The notes under the pieces were generated by a model, which saw nothing but the letters and a program-made list of their open reading frames with translations, was not told where the DNA came from and ran no database searches. Shown in pieces: positions 31,246 to 41,293 of a stretch of DNA of 64,000 bases. The translations under genes and the position numbers were made by a program. Location of the stretch: NCBI GenBank assembly GCA_963796285.1, contig CAWCKW010000012.1, forward strand, positions 1,216,001 through 1,280,000, given 5' to 3'. How positions within the stretch are numbered: position 1 is the first letter of the stretch; each line of letters begins with the position of its first letter. This stretch comes from Nitrospirota bacterium (GTDB lineage Bacteria > Nitrospirota > UBA9217).

Positions 31246-32817
31246 TTACAAAGCCCTGGGCATGGTGATCGTAAAGACCGTACCCTTCCCTTCATCGCTG
31301 GTCACGCTGATATCTCCATAGTGCTTCCTGACGATGTTGAATACGATGGCCAGCCCCAGTCCTGTGCCCTTGTCCTTTGTGGTGAAAAAGGGCTCGAAGA
31401 CCTTTTCCTGAGACGCCTTCGGCATGCCCTTGCCACTGTCGGAAACAGTAATGGTAATGGCCTCGCCAACGGTCCTGATCCTCACCGCCAGCGTTCCTCC
31501 ATCCGGCATAGCCTCCACTGCATTGGTGAAAAGATTGATGAAGACCTGTTCCATCAACTCCGGGTCCGCCATCAGGATGGAGTCGAGTGGTCCGGCATCC
31601 AGCGCAAAGTGTGCCTGGGACGTATCCGCGGTCAGTTTTTTGTAGACATGGTCGATCAATTCGGCCAGATTAATCCTCTGCAGGCGGGGCTCACGTCCCC
31701 GGGCGAACTCCAGGAGATCTCCCACGATCCGTTTCACCCTGACTGTCTGGCCCAGGATGTCCGATACCGCTTCATGCAGGACCGGAGAACCGCTTTCACC
31801 GGCCTGCTTCGCAAGCACTTGGGCCGAGAGATGAATGTTGTTCAGGGGGTTGTTCAACTCGTGGGCAACCCCGGCGGCGAGCGTTCCGATGGCGGCCAGC
31901 TTTTTGGTTTGGATCAGCTCCTTGTTCTTGCGTTCCAGCTCCGCTTCCCGCAAGGAAAGTTCGTCCTCCATCGTATTGAACTTTTCGATCAGCACTCCCA
32001 CCTCGTCAGCGGCATTGCCGCGTGAAGGGGACACAGATAGATGCGGGTAGGAGCCCTTGCCCGTTCTCTCTACGACATTGATCAGCAGCATGAGTCTCTT
32101 CACAACGTTCGTACTGATGAAGAACAGCATGCCGATGCCGACAATGAAAAAGATCGGGAAAAAGATAAGAATGGCGACCTGCGATACCCGTATCACCGTC
32201 TCGGCCTTTTCCCGGGCGATCTTGTCGAGGTCCTTGGAGATGACCAGGATCTCTTCCCCGGTTTTCCTGAGTGTCAGGATGTCCGCATCGAGCGCCCGGA
32301 GGCCGGTGAGCAGAACATGACCGCGCGGCAGAAGGAACACCTTTTCAAGAAATTCAGCAGACTGGACAGGCCGTTCGAGGAACGTGGCCTCCACAAGTGA
32401 AAAATATTTTTTTTCGTTCTTCCCGTATGACGTTTTAGCCCTCTCAAAGACATCGGTCAAACGCTTAGCCTCGACCTCGATAGCTGCAAAACTCCGTTCA
32501 TATTCATGGATCCGGTCCCGCAGAGAAAGCTGGTCCGACCGATCGATCCCGGGGTTCTTCGCCAGGGTGTCGTTGAGCTCGGCAAGATAGGCATGGACCG
32601 CCGCCAGCTCTTCATCCATCTTCTGCGGACTGTAGAGGAAGAAATTCTTCTCGTGACGCCGGAGCTGGAGCGACTTGCGGCTGATCGTATCCGTGATCTC
32701 GAGATAGCGGATCTCTTTTTTGATCTCGACAAAGCTGAAATATTCGAACGCGGCAAGGACGGCGATGATGAAGGCGCTGATAAAAAAGCTGAGGACTATT
32801 TTTTTCTTAAGCGACAT
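31246..32817 (-). CDS. Sensor histidine kinase
   Basis: Two TMs, LRRHEKNFFLY sensor motif, [11 protein letters not shown] and HATPase boxes. Confidence 0.93.
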   Translation of the reverse strand: MSLKKKIVLSFFISAFIIAVLAAFEYFSFVEIKKEIRYLEITDTISRKSLQLRRHEKNFFLYSPQKMDEELAAVHAYLAELNDTLAKNPGIDRSDQLSLRDRIHEYERSFAAIEVEAKRLTDVFERAKTSYGKNEKKYFSLVEATFLERPVQSAEFLEKVFLLPRGHVLLTGLRALDADILTLRKTGEEILVISKDLDKIAREKAETVIRVSQVAILIFFPIFFIVGIGMLFFISTNVVKRLMLLINVVERTGKGSYPHLSVSPSRGNAADEVGVLIEKFNTMEDELSLREAELERKNKELIQTKKLAAIGTLAAGVAHELNNPLNNIHLSAQVLAKQAGESGSPVLHEAVSDILGQTVRVKRIVGDLLEFARGREPRLQRINLAELIDHVYKKLTADTSQAHFALDAGPLDSILMADPELMEQVFINLFTNAVEAMPDGGTLAVRIRTVGEAITITVSDSGKGMPKASQEKVFEPFFTTKDKGTGLGLAIVFNIVRKHYGDISVTSDEGKGTVFTITMPRAL

Positions 32818-32856
32818 GATTTACAGTATCACACTTGATCGGTCTCTTGCAAACAG

Positions 32857-32891
32857 AAAAAAGGCTGAAGGGACCTTCTCCTTCAGCCTTT
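32857..32891 (-). terminator. Rho-independent terminator of the TSUP/USP operon
   Basis: aaggctgaagg / ccttcagcctt stem with a U-tract on the minus strand, just after the USP stop. Confidence 0.8.
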
Positions 32892-32908
32892 CGTGCCATA
32901 CGGGATAA

Positions 32909-33763
32909 TTACGATTTTACCACTAGCACGGGACAGGGTGCATGTCCGATGACCTTCTCCGCCACGCTCCCCATGAGAAGCCTGCGGAGACCGGTCCTGC
33001 CATGGGACCCGATGACGATCATGTCGGCATTCTGTTCCTTCGCAAGCTTGGTGATGGCCTCGAAGGCTTCGGATTCGCCAACAAAGGTCTCGGCCTTCAC
33101 CCCTTCGGCGTCGGCTTGTTTTTTCACATCAGCGACAAAGCCCTTTGCCTTTTTGACCAGATCGTCAACCGCCTGAGGCGCTTCCGCATAAAACTCGGAA
33201 GGGACGTCCACGACCGAGACGATCTTCAATTCCCCGCCGTAGGACTTCGCAAACGAGATCGCCCGGTCAGCCGCAAAAGCGCTGTACTTGGAGCCGTCCG
33301 TCGCGAGCACGATCTTTTTCCATCCGATGACCGTGCTGCTGGGCACGACAAGGACATCCCGCTGGGTATAGCCGATGACGCGTGCCGTCACCGGCCCGAT
33401 CAGGGAGCGCTCGATGCGGCGCTTCCCCCGCCGGCCCATGACGATGACGTCGCAGTTCTCGGCATCGGCAAGGTCCACGATCCGTTCGTGGATCTCGCCC
33501 TCTTCACAGACCGTCTTGACGAGCATCCGCTCGGTCTTTGCTATCGTTTCCACCTCCGCGAGCGCATCTTCGCAGGGTTTCCTGAGTGCGGCCCTGATGT
33601 CCTTGACGCCGACGAGCTCGATCTCGCCTTCGTAGGGCGGGACCACGGACGTGACCGTTATCCAGCACTTCTCCTCATTGGCCAGCTTGAACGCCTGGTG
33701 AAGAGCATTCCTGCTGGATTCCGAACTGTCGACAGCGACAAGGATCTTTCTATACTTCCCCAT
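32909..33763 (-). CDS. Tandem universal stress protein
   Basis: YRKILVAVDSS, DVIVMGRRG and IVIGSHGRTGLRRLLMGSVAEKVIGHAPCPVLVV. Confidence 0.93.
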   Translation of the reverse strand: MGKYRKILVAVDSSESSRNALHQAFKLANEEKCWITVTSVVPPYEGEIELVGVKDIRAALRKPCEDALAEVETIAKTERMLVKTVCEEGEIHERIVDLADAENCDVIVMGRRGKRRIERSLIGPVTARVIGYTQRDVLVVPSSTVIGWKKIVLATDGSKYSAFAADRAISFAKSYGGELKIVSVVDVPSEFYAEAPQAVDDLVKKAKGFVADVKKQADAEGVKAETFVGESEAFEAITKLAKEQNADMIVIGSHGRTGLRRLLMGSVAEKVIGHAPCPVLVVKS

Positions 33764-34829
33764 GCTCCAGCGCCCCCGAGGCATGCTGCAGTCTCTCGGC
33801 CTGGCGACCCTTCCACATGGCGCGCAGAACGATGAAGGCGCCGAGCATCAATGCGAATATCATTATAGCAAAGCTGGTGTTTTTGAGCAAACTCACCGTG
33901 CCGTCGCCAAGTTTATCGATGAGCCCGAGCTGTGCCAGGTACACCGGGACCATGAGGCCGCGGCTGAAGAGCACGATCACCATGATCAGACCCATCACGA
34001 CCTTGATCATGAACGGTTTCACATAGGTAGTACCGATGGCGCCAAGCTGAATGCCGAAGAGCGAGCCGGCAAGGATGATCATGGCGAGCCGGATATCGAC
34101 CAGCCCGTGCATGGCATATTTGAGCGAACCGCCGAGACCCATGACAAAGGCGATCACGAGCTCAGTGGCCGAGGCCATGAGGCTGGGGGCGCCGAGGACA
34201 TAGATCATTGCGGGAACGCCGATGAAACCGCCGACCGCTATCGTTGCCGCCAGCATGCCCGTGGCTAAACCGAGCGGGATGGTAAAGAGGACTGAAACGC
34301 GGGCATTGATACTCTTGAAATAGACCATGGTGCCGGGGATATTGATGGACTGGACCCAGAGCGCCAGTTTTCCTGCTTTTTCTTTCGTGTCCATGTTCCC
34401 GGACTTGTAGGTCTTCCAGGCATCCCGGAGCACGAACCCGCCGACCGTCGCGAGGATCACGACAAAGGCCACGCTCACATAGAGGTTCGATCCCGCATCG
34501 CCGAACGATGCCTTGATCTTTTCCTGGATATGGGCTCCGTAGAGAACGCCGGCCTCCGCGGAAATACCGAGTACGATGCCGAGCTTTACGTCAACCTGGC
34601 CGTACTTGAAGCGCTTGATAGAGCCGACGAGGGCCTTGGGAAACTTATGGCACATGTTGCTCGCCACCGCCACGAGTCCCGGAACGCCCAGGCTCATCAT
34701 GCCGGGCGTGAGCACAAAAGCACCACCTGAACCGATGAATCCGCTTACGAGACCGCCGACAAATCCCACCCCGAACAGATAGAGGATGGTGATCGCGTCA
34801 AGATTAATGAAATTCGTCATACTTTCCAT
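33750..34829 (-). CDS. Sulfite exporter TauE/SafE family protein
   Basis: GFVGGLVSGFIGSGGAFVLTP, AVASNMCHKFPKA and AATIAVGGFIGVP. Confidence 0.9.
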   Translation of the reverse strand: MESMTNFINLDAITILYLFGVGFVGGLVSGFIGSGGAFVLTPGMMSLGVPGLVAVASNMCHKFPKALVGSIKRFKYGQVDVKLGIVLGISAEAGVLYGAHIQEKIKASFGDAGSNLYVSVAFVVILATVGGFVLRDAWKTYKSGNMDTKEKAGKLALWVQSINIPGTMVYFKSINARVSVLFTIPLGLATGMLAATIAVGGFIGVPAMIYVLGAPSLMASATELVIAFVMGLGGSLKYAMHGLVDIRLAMIILAGSLFGIQLGAIGTTYVKPFMIKVVMGLIMVIVLFSRGLMVPVYLAQLGLIDKLGDGTVSLLKNTSFAIMIFALMLGAFIVLRAMWKGRQAERLQHASGALEHGEV

Positions 34830-34830
34830 G

Positions 34831-35082
34831 TTATTTTATCTCCTTCTTTTTTCTGGCGGCCTCGACTCCCAGAATGGTCCAGAAATGACCGGTAAACGTG
34901 CCATGAAAGTATGAAAAAACGAACGCGGTGATGATCGGCAACAGCGCGTACAATCCGCCCTTGGCGAACGTACTGTTGATCAGGTCCTGCTTCAGCAGGA
35001 GGGTCGTGTAGAGCGCTATGGATATGAGACCCATAACGATCATTGCGCCCACCGGCTTCTTCTTTGTGTTGCTTTGTGCCAT
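34831..35082 (-). CDS. Small 2-TM protein, probable TSUP partner
   Basis: 83 aa, motif FSYFHGTFTGHFW, AAGGAGG RBS, abuts the TauE gene. Confidence 0.8.
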   Translation of the reverse strand: MAQSNTKKKPVGAMIVMGLISIALYTTLLLKQDLINSTFAKGGLYALLPIITAFVFSYFHGTFTGHFWTILGVEAARKKKEIK

Positions 35083-35169
35083 GATGATACCTCCTTGAGT
35101 TTATTTATAATCTATGGCTCTCTTCACAGAGAGTACACTTTAAGTGATTTTGATCCCGACTCCTGTGCC

Positions 35170-35674
35170 TCATGCCCGTGCCCCGTCCATGACCACGACG
35201 AGCGGGCATTTCAGCTTCTGCCAGAGTTCCGAAAGCGTCTTGTCCTTCTTGTTGCAGTCCGCGTCCAGGCTGTGCGGGGACTCAATGACCGCGAAGAGGA
35301 TGTCCTTTTCGCTGTTCGTATAATCGATGATCTGCTGCTTGAGACACCCGGTCCGCGGGATTATGCGATAGAGAATTCCTTCCGCTTTGAGCTCTGATTC
35401 AAAGTGTACAAGCAGGGGGTCGACCGGGTGCGCGTTCCCGGCCCGGCGCAGTGACATACAGAATATCGAGGTGCGCGTCGATCCTCTGGGCGGTGTTCGA
35501 TGCATATTTCAGCGTCTTGGCATCGATCCGGCCCTCCTTGAGCGCAAGCAGGACTTTTCGCCCTTCCTTCATAAGCGACGAGGCCGTCACCGCCTCGCCT
35601 GCTTCAGCGAACGTGGCTGCAGCCAGTGCGTCTTCGACGTTCTTCATCATCTTTTTTAACTTTGTCGCTTCCAT
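35170..35674 (-). CDS. Hypothetical USP-like protein with an N-terminal FAEAGE motif (frameshift near 35445)
   Basis: AAATFAEAGEAVTA...LKYASNTAQRIDAHLDILYV, continuing to LWQKLKCPLVVV. Confidence 0.75.
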
Positions 35675-35706
35675 AGTAACCCTCGTGGGATCAGCATTCC
35701 TGGTTC

Positions 35707-35877
35707 TTAGTCAGCGCGCAGTTCTTTTCTCGCGGCCGGTCTCTTGTAGTCATAGGTAGACGGGCGGTCGCTCTTCCTGTCTTCTTTCATGATCTGGCGT
35801 GCAGTCTCAAACTCTCCTGCTTCCGCGAATGTCGCGGCCACCATTGCTGTTTCGAATTTATTGAGTAAGGTTTTCAT
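35707..35877 (-). CDS. 56-aa FAEAGE-motif peptide (not in the ORF track)
   Basis: Manual translation MKTLLNKFETAMVAATFAEAGEFETARQIMKEDRKSDRPSTYDYKRPAARKELRAD*; strong AAGGAGG RBS; first gene after a sigma54 promoter. Confidence 0.85.
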   Translation of the reverse strand: MKTLLNKFETAMVAATFAEAGEFETARQIMKEDRKSDRPSTYDYKRPAARKELRAD

Positions 35878-35924
35878 GGATATTTCCTCCTTGCAGTTTA
35901 TTTTGTTCCTCTGCTATTCTCTAT

Positions 35925-35940
35925 TTCAACTCCTGTGCCA
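35925..35940 (-). promoter_or_regulatory. sigma54 promoter (variant -12)
   Basis: Minus strand TGGCACAGGAGTTGAA, about 48 bp upstream of the ATG at 35877. Confidence 0.7.
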
Positions 35941-36144
35941 AAGCACAAAAGCAAGATAACATGCTGATAGCATATGATTATTTACAAGGAGGGCAAAATC
36001 GGTACCCATACACAACTGTTTTATAATGCAATACTCTTTTACGAAATAGACGCTACCTGTTGATTTTTATGATTAATTTTGGCTGTTGCATCAAAACGGG
36101 AAACGTTGTAAAATGCAACCATATCGAGATTTCAGGGGAGTCTA

Positions 36145-38153
36145 ATGAAGTTCTTTAAAAAATCGGAAGACAGCTATCAGGAACTCATCATTGAAGAACT
36201 TCGTCAGAAGATCTCGGCAGGCCGCCATGCCGAACCCTGTCCAGAAGATCGCTGAGCAGGAACTCGATCTGCTGACCAGGATCAGCGCTGCCTCAGCCGA
36301 GTACACGATCGGCGTCACCTACATCGACTACCTCGTTTCCCTGCCCTGGAACAAAAAGACCGAGGACAACCTCGATATTGTCCGCGCCGAGCGCATCTTG
36401 AACGAGAACCACTACGGTCTGAACAAGATCAAAGAACGGATCATGGAGCACCTCGCCATCAAGGTGCTCATCATGAACAGGAAGGCGCGGATAATGGTCG
36501 TCGATGATGAGGAGATCGCTCGAAAAAACCTGGCGCATATCCTGACGAAAGAAAATTACGATGTGGTCGCAGTCGCCGACGGCGAAACCGCGCTCCGGGA
36601 GCTGGAGTCCTCGGAATTTGACGTGGTGCTGACCGACCTGCGCATGGGCAAGATGGACGGCATGGACCTGCTGGACCGTATCAGGATAAAACACATTGAC
36701 ACGAAGGTCGTGATGGTGACGGGCTTTGCCACGGTCCCATCGGCCATCGAGGCCATGCGGAAGGGCGCTTTCCACTACCTGGCCAAGCCCTATCAAACTT
36801 GATGAGGTACGCGAAACCGTGAAACGGGCATTGGAACAGCGGGCGCTCAAACCCAGCACCAAGGGCTCCGTACTCTGTTTCGCCGGCCCCCCGGGAACCG
36901 GCAAGACCTCGCTCGGGAAGTCCATCGCCCGGGCTCTTGGCAGAAAATTCACGAGGATCGCCCTCGGCGGCCTCAAGGATGAGGCCGACATCCGCGGACA
37001 CCGGCGCACCTACGTGGGCGCCAAGCCCGGCAGGGTGATCGAAGAGCTCCGCAGGGTGGAATCCGCCAATCCCGTCATCATGCTCGACGAACTCGACAAG
37101 ATCGGACATGACTTCAAGGGAGACCCCGCATCTGCCCTGCTTGAAGTGCTCGACCCGGAGCAGAACCGCGCCTTCACGGACCATTATCTGGACGTCCCCT
37201 TCGACCTTTCGAGCGTCATGTTCATTCTGACCGCGAACGTGCTCGACACCATTCCCGCCCCGCTGCGCGACCGCATGGAGGTCATCGAGTTCAGGGGCTA
37301 CACGCGGGAAGAAAAGGTCCGCATCGCATCGCAGTTCCTCTGCACCAAACAGACACGCGAAAAAGGCCTCTCCCTAAACCAGGTGGTCTTCACTGATGAG
37401 GCCGTGGACAAGATCATCCAGGAATACACACGCGAGGCCGGCATCCGGAACCTCGAGCGAAGGATCGCCACGATCTGCCGCAAGATCGCCCGGGAATCGC
37501 TCCAGAACGCGGGCAGCGCGGAGATCGTGACCATAACCCCCGCGTCCGTGGAGCACTACCTGGGGCGGAAAAAGTTCCACTTTGATGTGATCGAGGAGCA
37601 GGACCGGATCGGCGTGGCCACCGGCCTCGTGCGCACGGAATCCGGCGGCGAGATCATCTTCGTCGAGGCGGCAAAAATGAAAGGCAAAAAAGAACTCATC
37701 ATCACCGGCTCGCTCGGCGACGTGATGCGCGAATCCGCCCAGGCAGCGCTGAGTTACATCAGGAGCAATGCCGACGCCTTCGGCATCCCTGATGACTTTT
37801 TCGAGCACCACGATATCCACATCCACGTACCGTCGGGGGCGATCCAGAAGGACGGGCCCTCTGCCGGCGTCACCATCCTGGCCGCGCTCCTGTCGCTGTT
37901 GACCAAACGGCCGGCACGCAGGGACGTGGCCATGACCGGCGAGATAACGCTGACCGGCCGGATACTGCCCGTCGGCGGCATTCAGGACAAGGTCCTCGCG
38001 GCCAGGCGGGCAATGGTCAAACTCGTGCTCGTGCCCGCACGGAACCGGGCCGACGTGGAAGAACTGTCCGATGACCTGCGAAAGGACGTCGACATCCGCC
38101 TTGTCGACACCGTGGCCGACGTGGTTGACGCGGTGCTGACCGGCCATCAATGA
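36145..38153 (+). CDS. Lon (La) protease lacking the N-domain, with an inserted receiver domain (frameshifts near 36220 and 36792)
   Basis: [28 protein letters not shown] (VVDDEE/LTDLRM/MVTG/AKP), [36 protein letters not shown] and GGIQDK. Confidence 0.9.
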
Positions 38154-39679
38154 TGAACTACACCCCGAGCATCAGACAGAAGATCACCCTCGGCTACTTC
38201 GCCATCGTGGCCATGATCATCGGTTTGTCCGTGTTCACCTTTCTGGAACTGCGGTACATCGAGAAGAAGATCATGTTCGGCGAGGCCATCTCGGAATTTT
38301 TCGACACCACGCTCGAGGTCCGGCGCTTCGAGAAGAACTTCTTCCTGTACGAAAAGCAGCCCGATTACGATGAGAACGTCCAGTACGTGTCCCGGGCGCA
38401 GGACATCATCGACAACAACATCAAGGGGTTCACCGCCATCGCGTCGTCGGACCAGATATCGTCCCTCCAGGTCAGCCTGAAAGAGTACAAAGACCTCATG
38501 GAGCAGTACGCGAAGACCGGCGGCGGGCAACCTGCCCGAAAGACCATGCTGGCCGCGAAGATCCGCGTCACCGGGAAAGACATCATCACCATTTCCGAGG
38601 AAATCTCGAAGACTGAGCGAAAGAGCCTTCAGCAGATCCTGAGCAGCTCCCGGAACATCCTCCTCATATCGATCATGCTCCTCTCACTGGCCGCGATCGC
38701 GATCGGCCAGATCCTGTCGCGCATGGTGGTAAAACCGCTCAAGTCCCTTGAAGAGAGCATGGGAGTGATCGCCGAAGGGGAATTCGAGCCGATCGCGATC
38801 GACTCCAAGGACCGGGAGATCGTCTCGCTCACGAGGGCCTTCAACAAGATGCTGAAGCAGCTGGAGCTGCACGAGAGGCACCTGATCCAGTCCGAGAAGC
38901 TCGCTTCCCTCGGCACCCTCCTGTCCGGCGTGGCGCATGAATTGAACAATCCCCTGTCGAACATCTCGTCGTCGAACCAGATCCTGATGGAGGAATTCAG
39001 GGAAGCCCTTGAAGCGCGGTCTCCCCGGCCCTGGCCCCTGGATCCCGACTTCACCAAGGAACTGATGGCGCAGATCAACGAGCAAACGGACCGGGCGAGA
39101 AATATTGTCCGTTCCCTGCTCGACTTTTCCCGTAACCGGGACTTCAAGAAGGAATCGGTATCGCTCAAGAACCTGTTTGAGGAAACAATCCAGTTCGTAA
39201 AGGGACAGGTGCCGGCGAAGGCGGGGATCTCGCTCGCCGTACCCGATGACCTGGTCATAGTTGCGGACAAACAGCGGCTCCAGCAGGCATTCCTGAACCT
39301 GATCAAGAACGCCCTCGACGCGATCGCGCCGAATGAAGGAACGATCACCATCAAGGCGGAGAAGCGCCGGGCCATGGACGATCTCGAAGACGAGATGATC
39401 GGCATCCACAACTACCTAAAATACCGGGGCAAGTGCACGCTGGACCAGGACACCGTAGACATCGAGATCCATGACAGCGGCTCCGGCATTCCGCTTGAAT
39501 TCATCCAGAAGATCTTCGACCCCTTTTTCACGACCAAGGACGTGGGCAAAGGATCAGGCCTCGGCCTCTACATCGTGCACGAGATCATCGAGGAGCACGA
39601 CGGCTGCATCGCCGTTGACAGCGAACCCGGCAGGGGCACAACGTTCCTGATACGGCTTCCGCTCGTAGACAAGGCATAA
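38150..39679 (+). CDS. Sensor histidine kinase (HAMP)
   Basis: [28 protein letters not shown] and FDPFFTTK; overlaps the lon stop. Confidence 0.93.
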   Translation: MMNYTPSIRQKITLGYFAIVAMIIGLSVFTFLELRYIEKKIMFGEAISEFFDTTLEVRRFEKNFFLYEKQPDYDENVQYVSRAQDIIDNNIKGFTAIASSDQISSLQVSLKEYKDLMEQYAKTGGGQPARKTMLAAKIRVTGKDIITISEEISKTERKSLQQILSSSRNILLISIMLLSLAAIAIGQILSRMVVKPLKSLEESMGVIAEGEFEPIAIDSKDREIVSLTRAFNKMLKQLELHERHLIQSEKLASLGTLLSGVAHELNNPLSNISSSNQILMEEFREALEARSPRPWPLDPDFTKELMAQINEQTDRARNIVRSLLDFSRNRDFKKESVSLKNLFEETIQFVKGQVPAKAGISLAVPDDLVIVADKQRLQQAFLNLIKNALDAIAPNEGTITIKAEKRRAMDDLEDEMIGIHNYLKYRGKCTLDQDTVDIEIHDSGSGIPLEFIQKIFDPFFTTKDVGKGSGLGLYIVHEIIEEHDGCIAVDSEPGRGTTFLIRLPLVDKA

Positions 39680-39688
39680 TTTTTATCA

Positions 39689-39732
39689 CCTCCCCTCCTC
39701 CCTCTCATGCGGGAGAGAGCCGGGGTGAGGGG
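39689..39732. repeat. Short REP-like palindrome (CCCTCTC...GGGAGAG...GGGGTGAGGG type)
   Basis: cctcccctcctccctctcatgcgggagagagccggggtgagggg lies between the kinase and regulator genes. Confidence 0.5.
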
Positions 39733-39751
39733 TATCCAAGGAGCAACAAAC

Positions 39752-41113
39752 ATGCAAGGTGTGGCAAAACTACTCATCATCGACGACGAGCGGATCGCGC
39801 TCAGGAACCTCGAGCACATCATGAAGAAGGAAGGCTACGAAGTGACCGGCACGCAGAACGGGCCGAACGCGCTCAAGCTGATCGAGGAGCAGCACTTTGA
39901 CGTGGTGCTCACGGACCTGCGCATGGAAAAGGTCGACGGCATGCAGATCCTGAAAAAGACACGGGAGCTCTACCCGGACACGGAAGTGATCATGATCACC
40001 GGCTACGCAACGCTTGACTCCGCCGTCGATGCCATGAAGCACGGCGCGTTCTATTATATCGCCAAACCCTTCAAGCTCGAGGAAGTCCGCAAGGTCGTCC
40101 AGGAGGCCGTGCACAAGGTCCGGCTCAAGACCGAGAACCGTCATCTCCGGGAACAGCTTGAGACCTACCAGGGCAAGGTCAAGATCATCACCCAGGACCC
40201 GACCATGCAGAAACTGCTCGAAACCGCGCGCCAGATCGCGCCCACGGACTGCAACGTGCTGATCTCGGGCGAGAGCGGCACGGGCAAGGAGCTCTTCGCC
40301 CGCTTCATCCACCTGAACAGCAAGCGCGCCGAGGGGCCGTTCTTCGCCATCAACTGCGGCGCGTTCACCGAGGAGCTCCTCTCGAACGAGCTCTTCGGCC
40401 ACGAAAAAGGCGCGTTCACCGGCGCAAACGCCATGAAGAAGGGGCTCATCGAGATGGCTTCCGGCGGGACCCTGTTCATGGATGAGGTCACCGAGATGCC
40501 GTCGTCCATGCAGGTCAAGCTCCTCCGGGTGATCCAGGAGCGGGAGGTGCTGCGCGTCGGCGGGACCGAGTCGATCAACGTAGACGTGCGGTTCGTGGCA
40601 GCGACGAACCGGGACATCCATGATTCCATGAAGACCGGCTCATTCCGGCAGGACCTTTACTTCAGGCTGAACGTGGTCTCGCTCCGCATCCCGCCGCTGG
40701 CGGAGCGCAAGGACGACATCCCCCTGCTCTGCTACTATTTTTTAAAGAAATATAACCTGCTTATGAAAAAAGTGGTGACCGAGATCGCGGAGGACGTGAT
40801 CGCCCTGCTTCTGAACTACGACTTTCCGGGAAATGTGCGGGAGCTCGAGAACATCATCGAACGCGGCGTGGCGCTCACGAATGGCAGCGTTATTGAGACC
40901 GGCCATCTTCCTGAAGACCTGCGGGAGCTCAGTATCAAGACCTTCCGGAAAAAAGAAGGAAAGATCCCCTCGCTCGAGGAGCAGGAAGAGGCCTACATCA
41001 AATGGGTGCTCGGCGAAGTCGGCGGCAACAAGACGCTCGCCGCGCAAATCCTCGGCATCGACCGGGTCTCGCTCTGGCGGAAGCTCAAGAAGTACGGGCT
41101 GGAGAGCGACTAG
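39752..41113 (+). CDS. sigma54-dependent response regulator
   Basis: REC domain, GESGTGKE, ELFGHEKGAFTGA and HTH; start MQGVAK follows a GGAG RBS. Confidence 0.95.
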   Translation: MQGVAKLLIIDDERIALRNLEHIMKKEGYEVTGTQNGPNALKLIEEQHFDVVLTDLRMEKVDGMQILKKTRELYPDTEVIMITGYATLDSAVDAMKHGAFYYIAKPFKLEEVRKVVQEAVHKVRLKTENRHLREQLETYQGKVKIITQDPTMQKLLETARQIAPTDCNVLISGESGTGKELFARFIHLNSKRAEGPFFAINCGAFTEELLSNELFGHEKGAFTGANAMKKGLIEMASGGTLFMDEVTEMPSSMQVKLLRVIQEREVLRVGGTESINVDVRFVAATNRDIHDSMKTGSFRQDLYFRLNVVSLRIPPLAERKDDIPLLCYYFLKKYNLLMKKVVTEIAEDVIALLLNYDFPGNVRELENIIERGVALTNGSVIETGHLPEDLRELSIKTFRKKEGKIPSLEEQEEAYIKWVLGEVGGNKTLAAQILGIDRVSLWRKLKKYGLESD

Positions 41114-41293
41114 ACATTTCTGCCGCGGGAATCAATCTGTCCGTTACTGTCATCTGCGGCGTGACTTGCGGTAAGCTTTTAGGGTAAGGTTTTTTGTCAC
41201 GACATTATGAAGTAATTTCTTCCTTGCGTTCTTGCTGTCTATGCGGTAACACATCATCTCGCCACAGGAGTGGAGCTTGCGGTGCCAGTAAAT

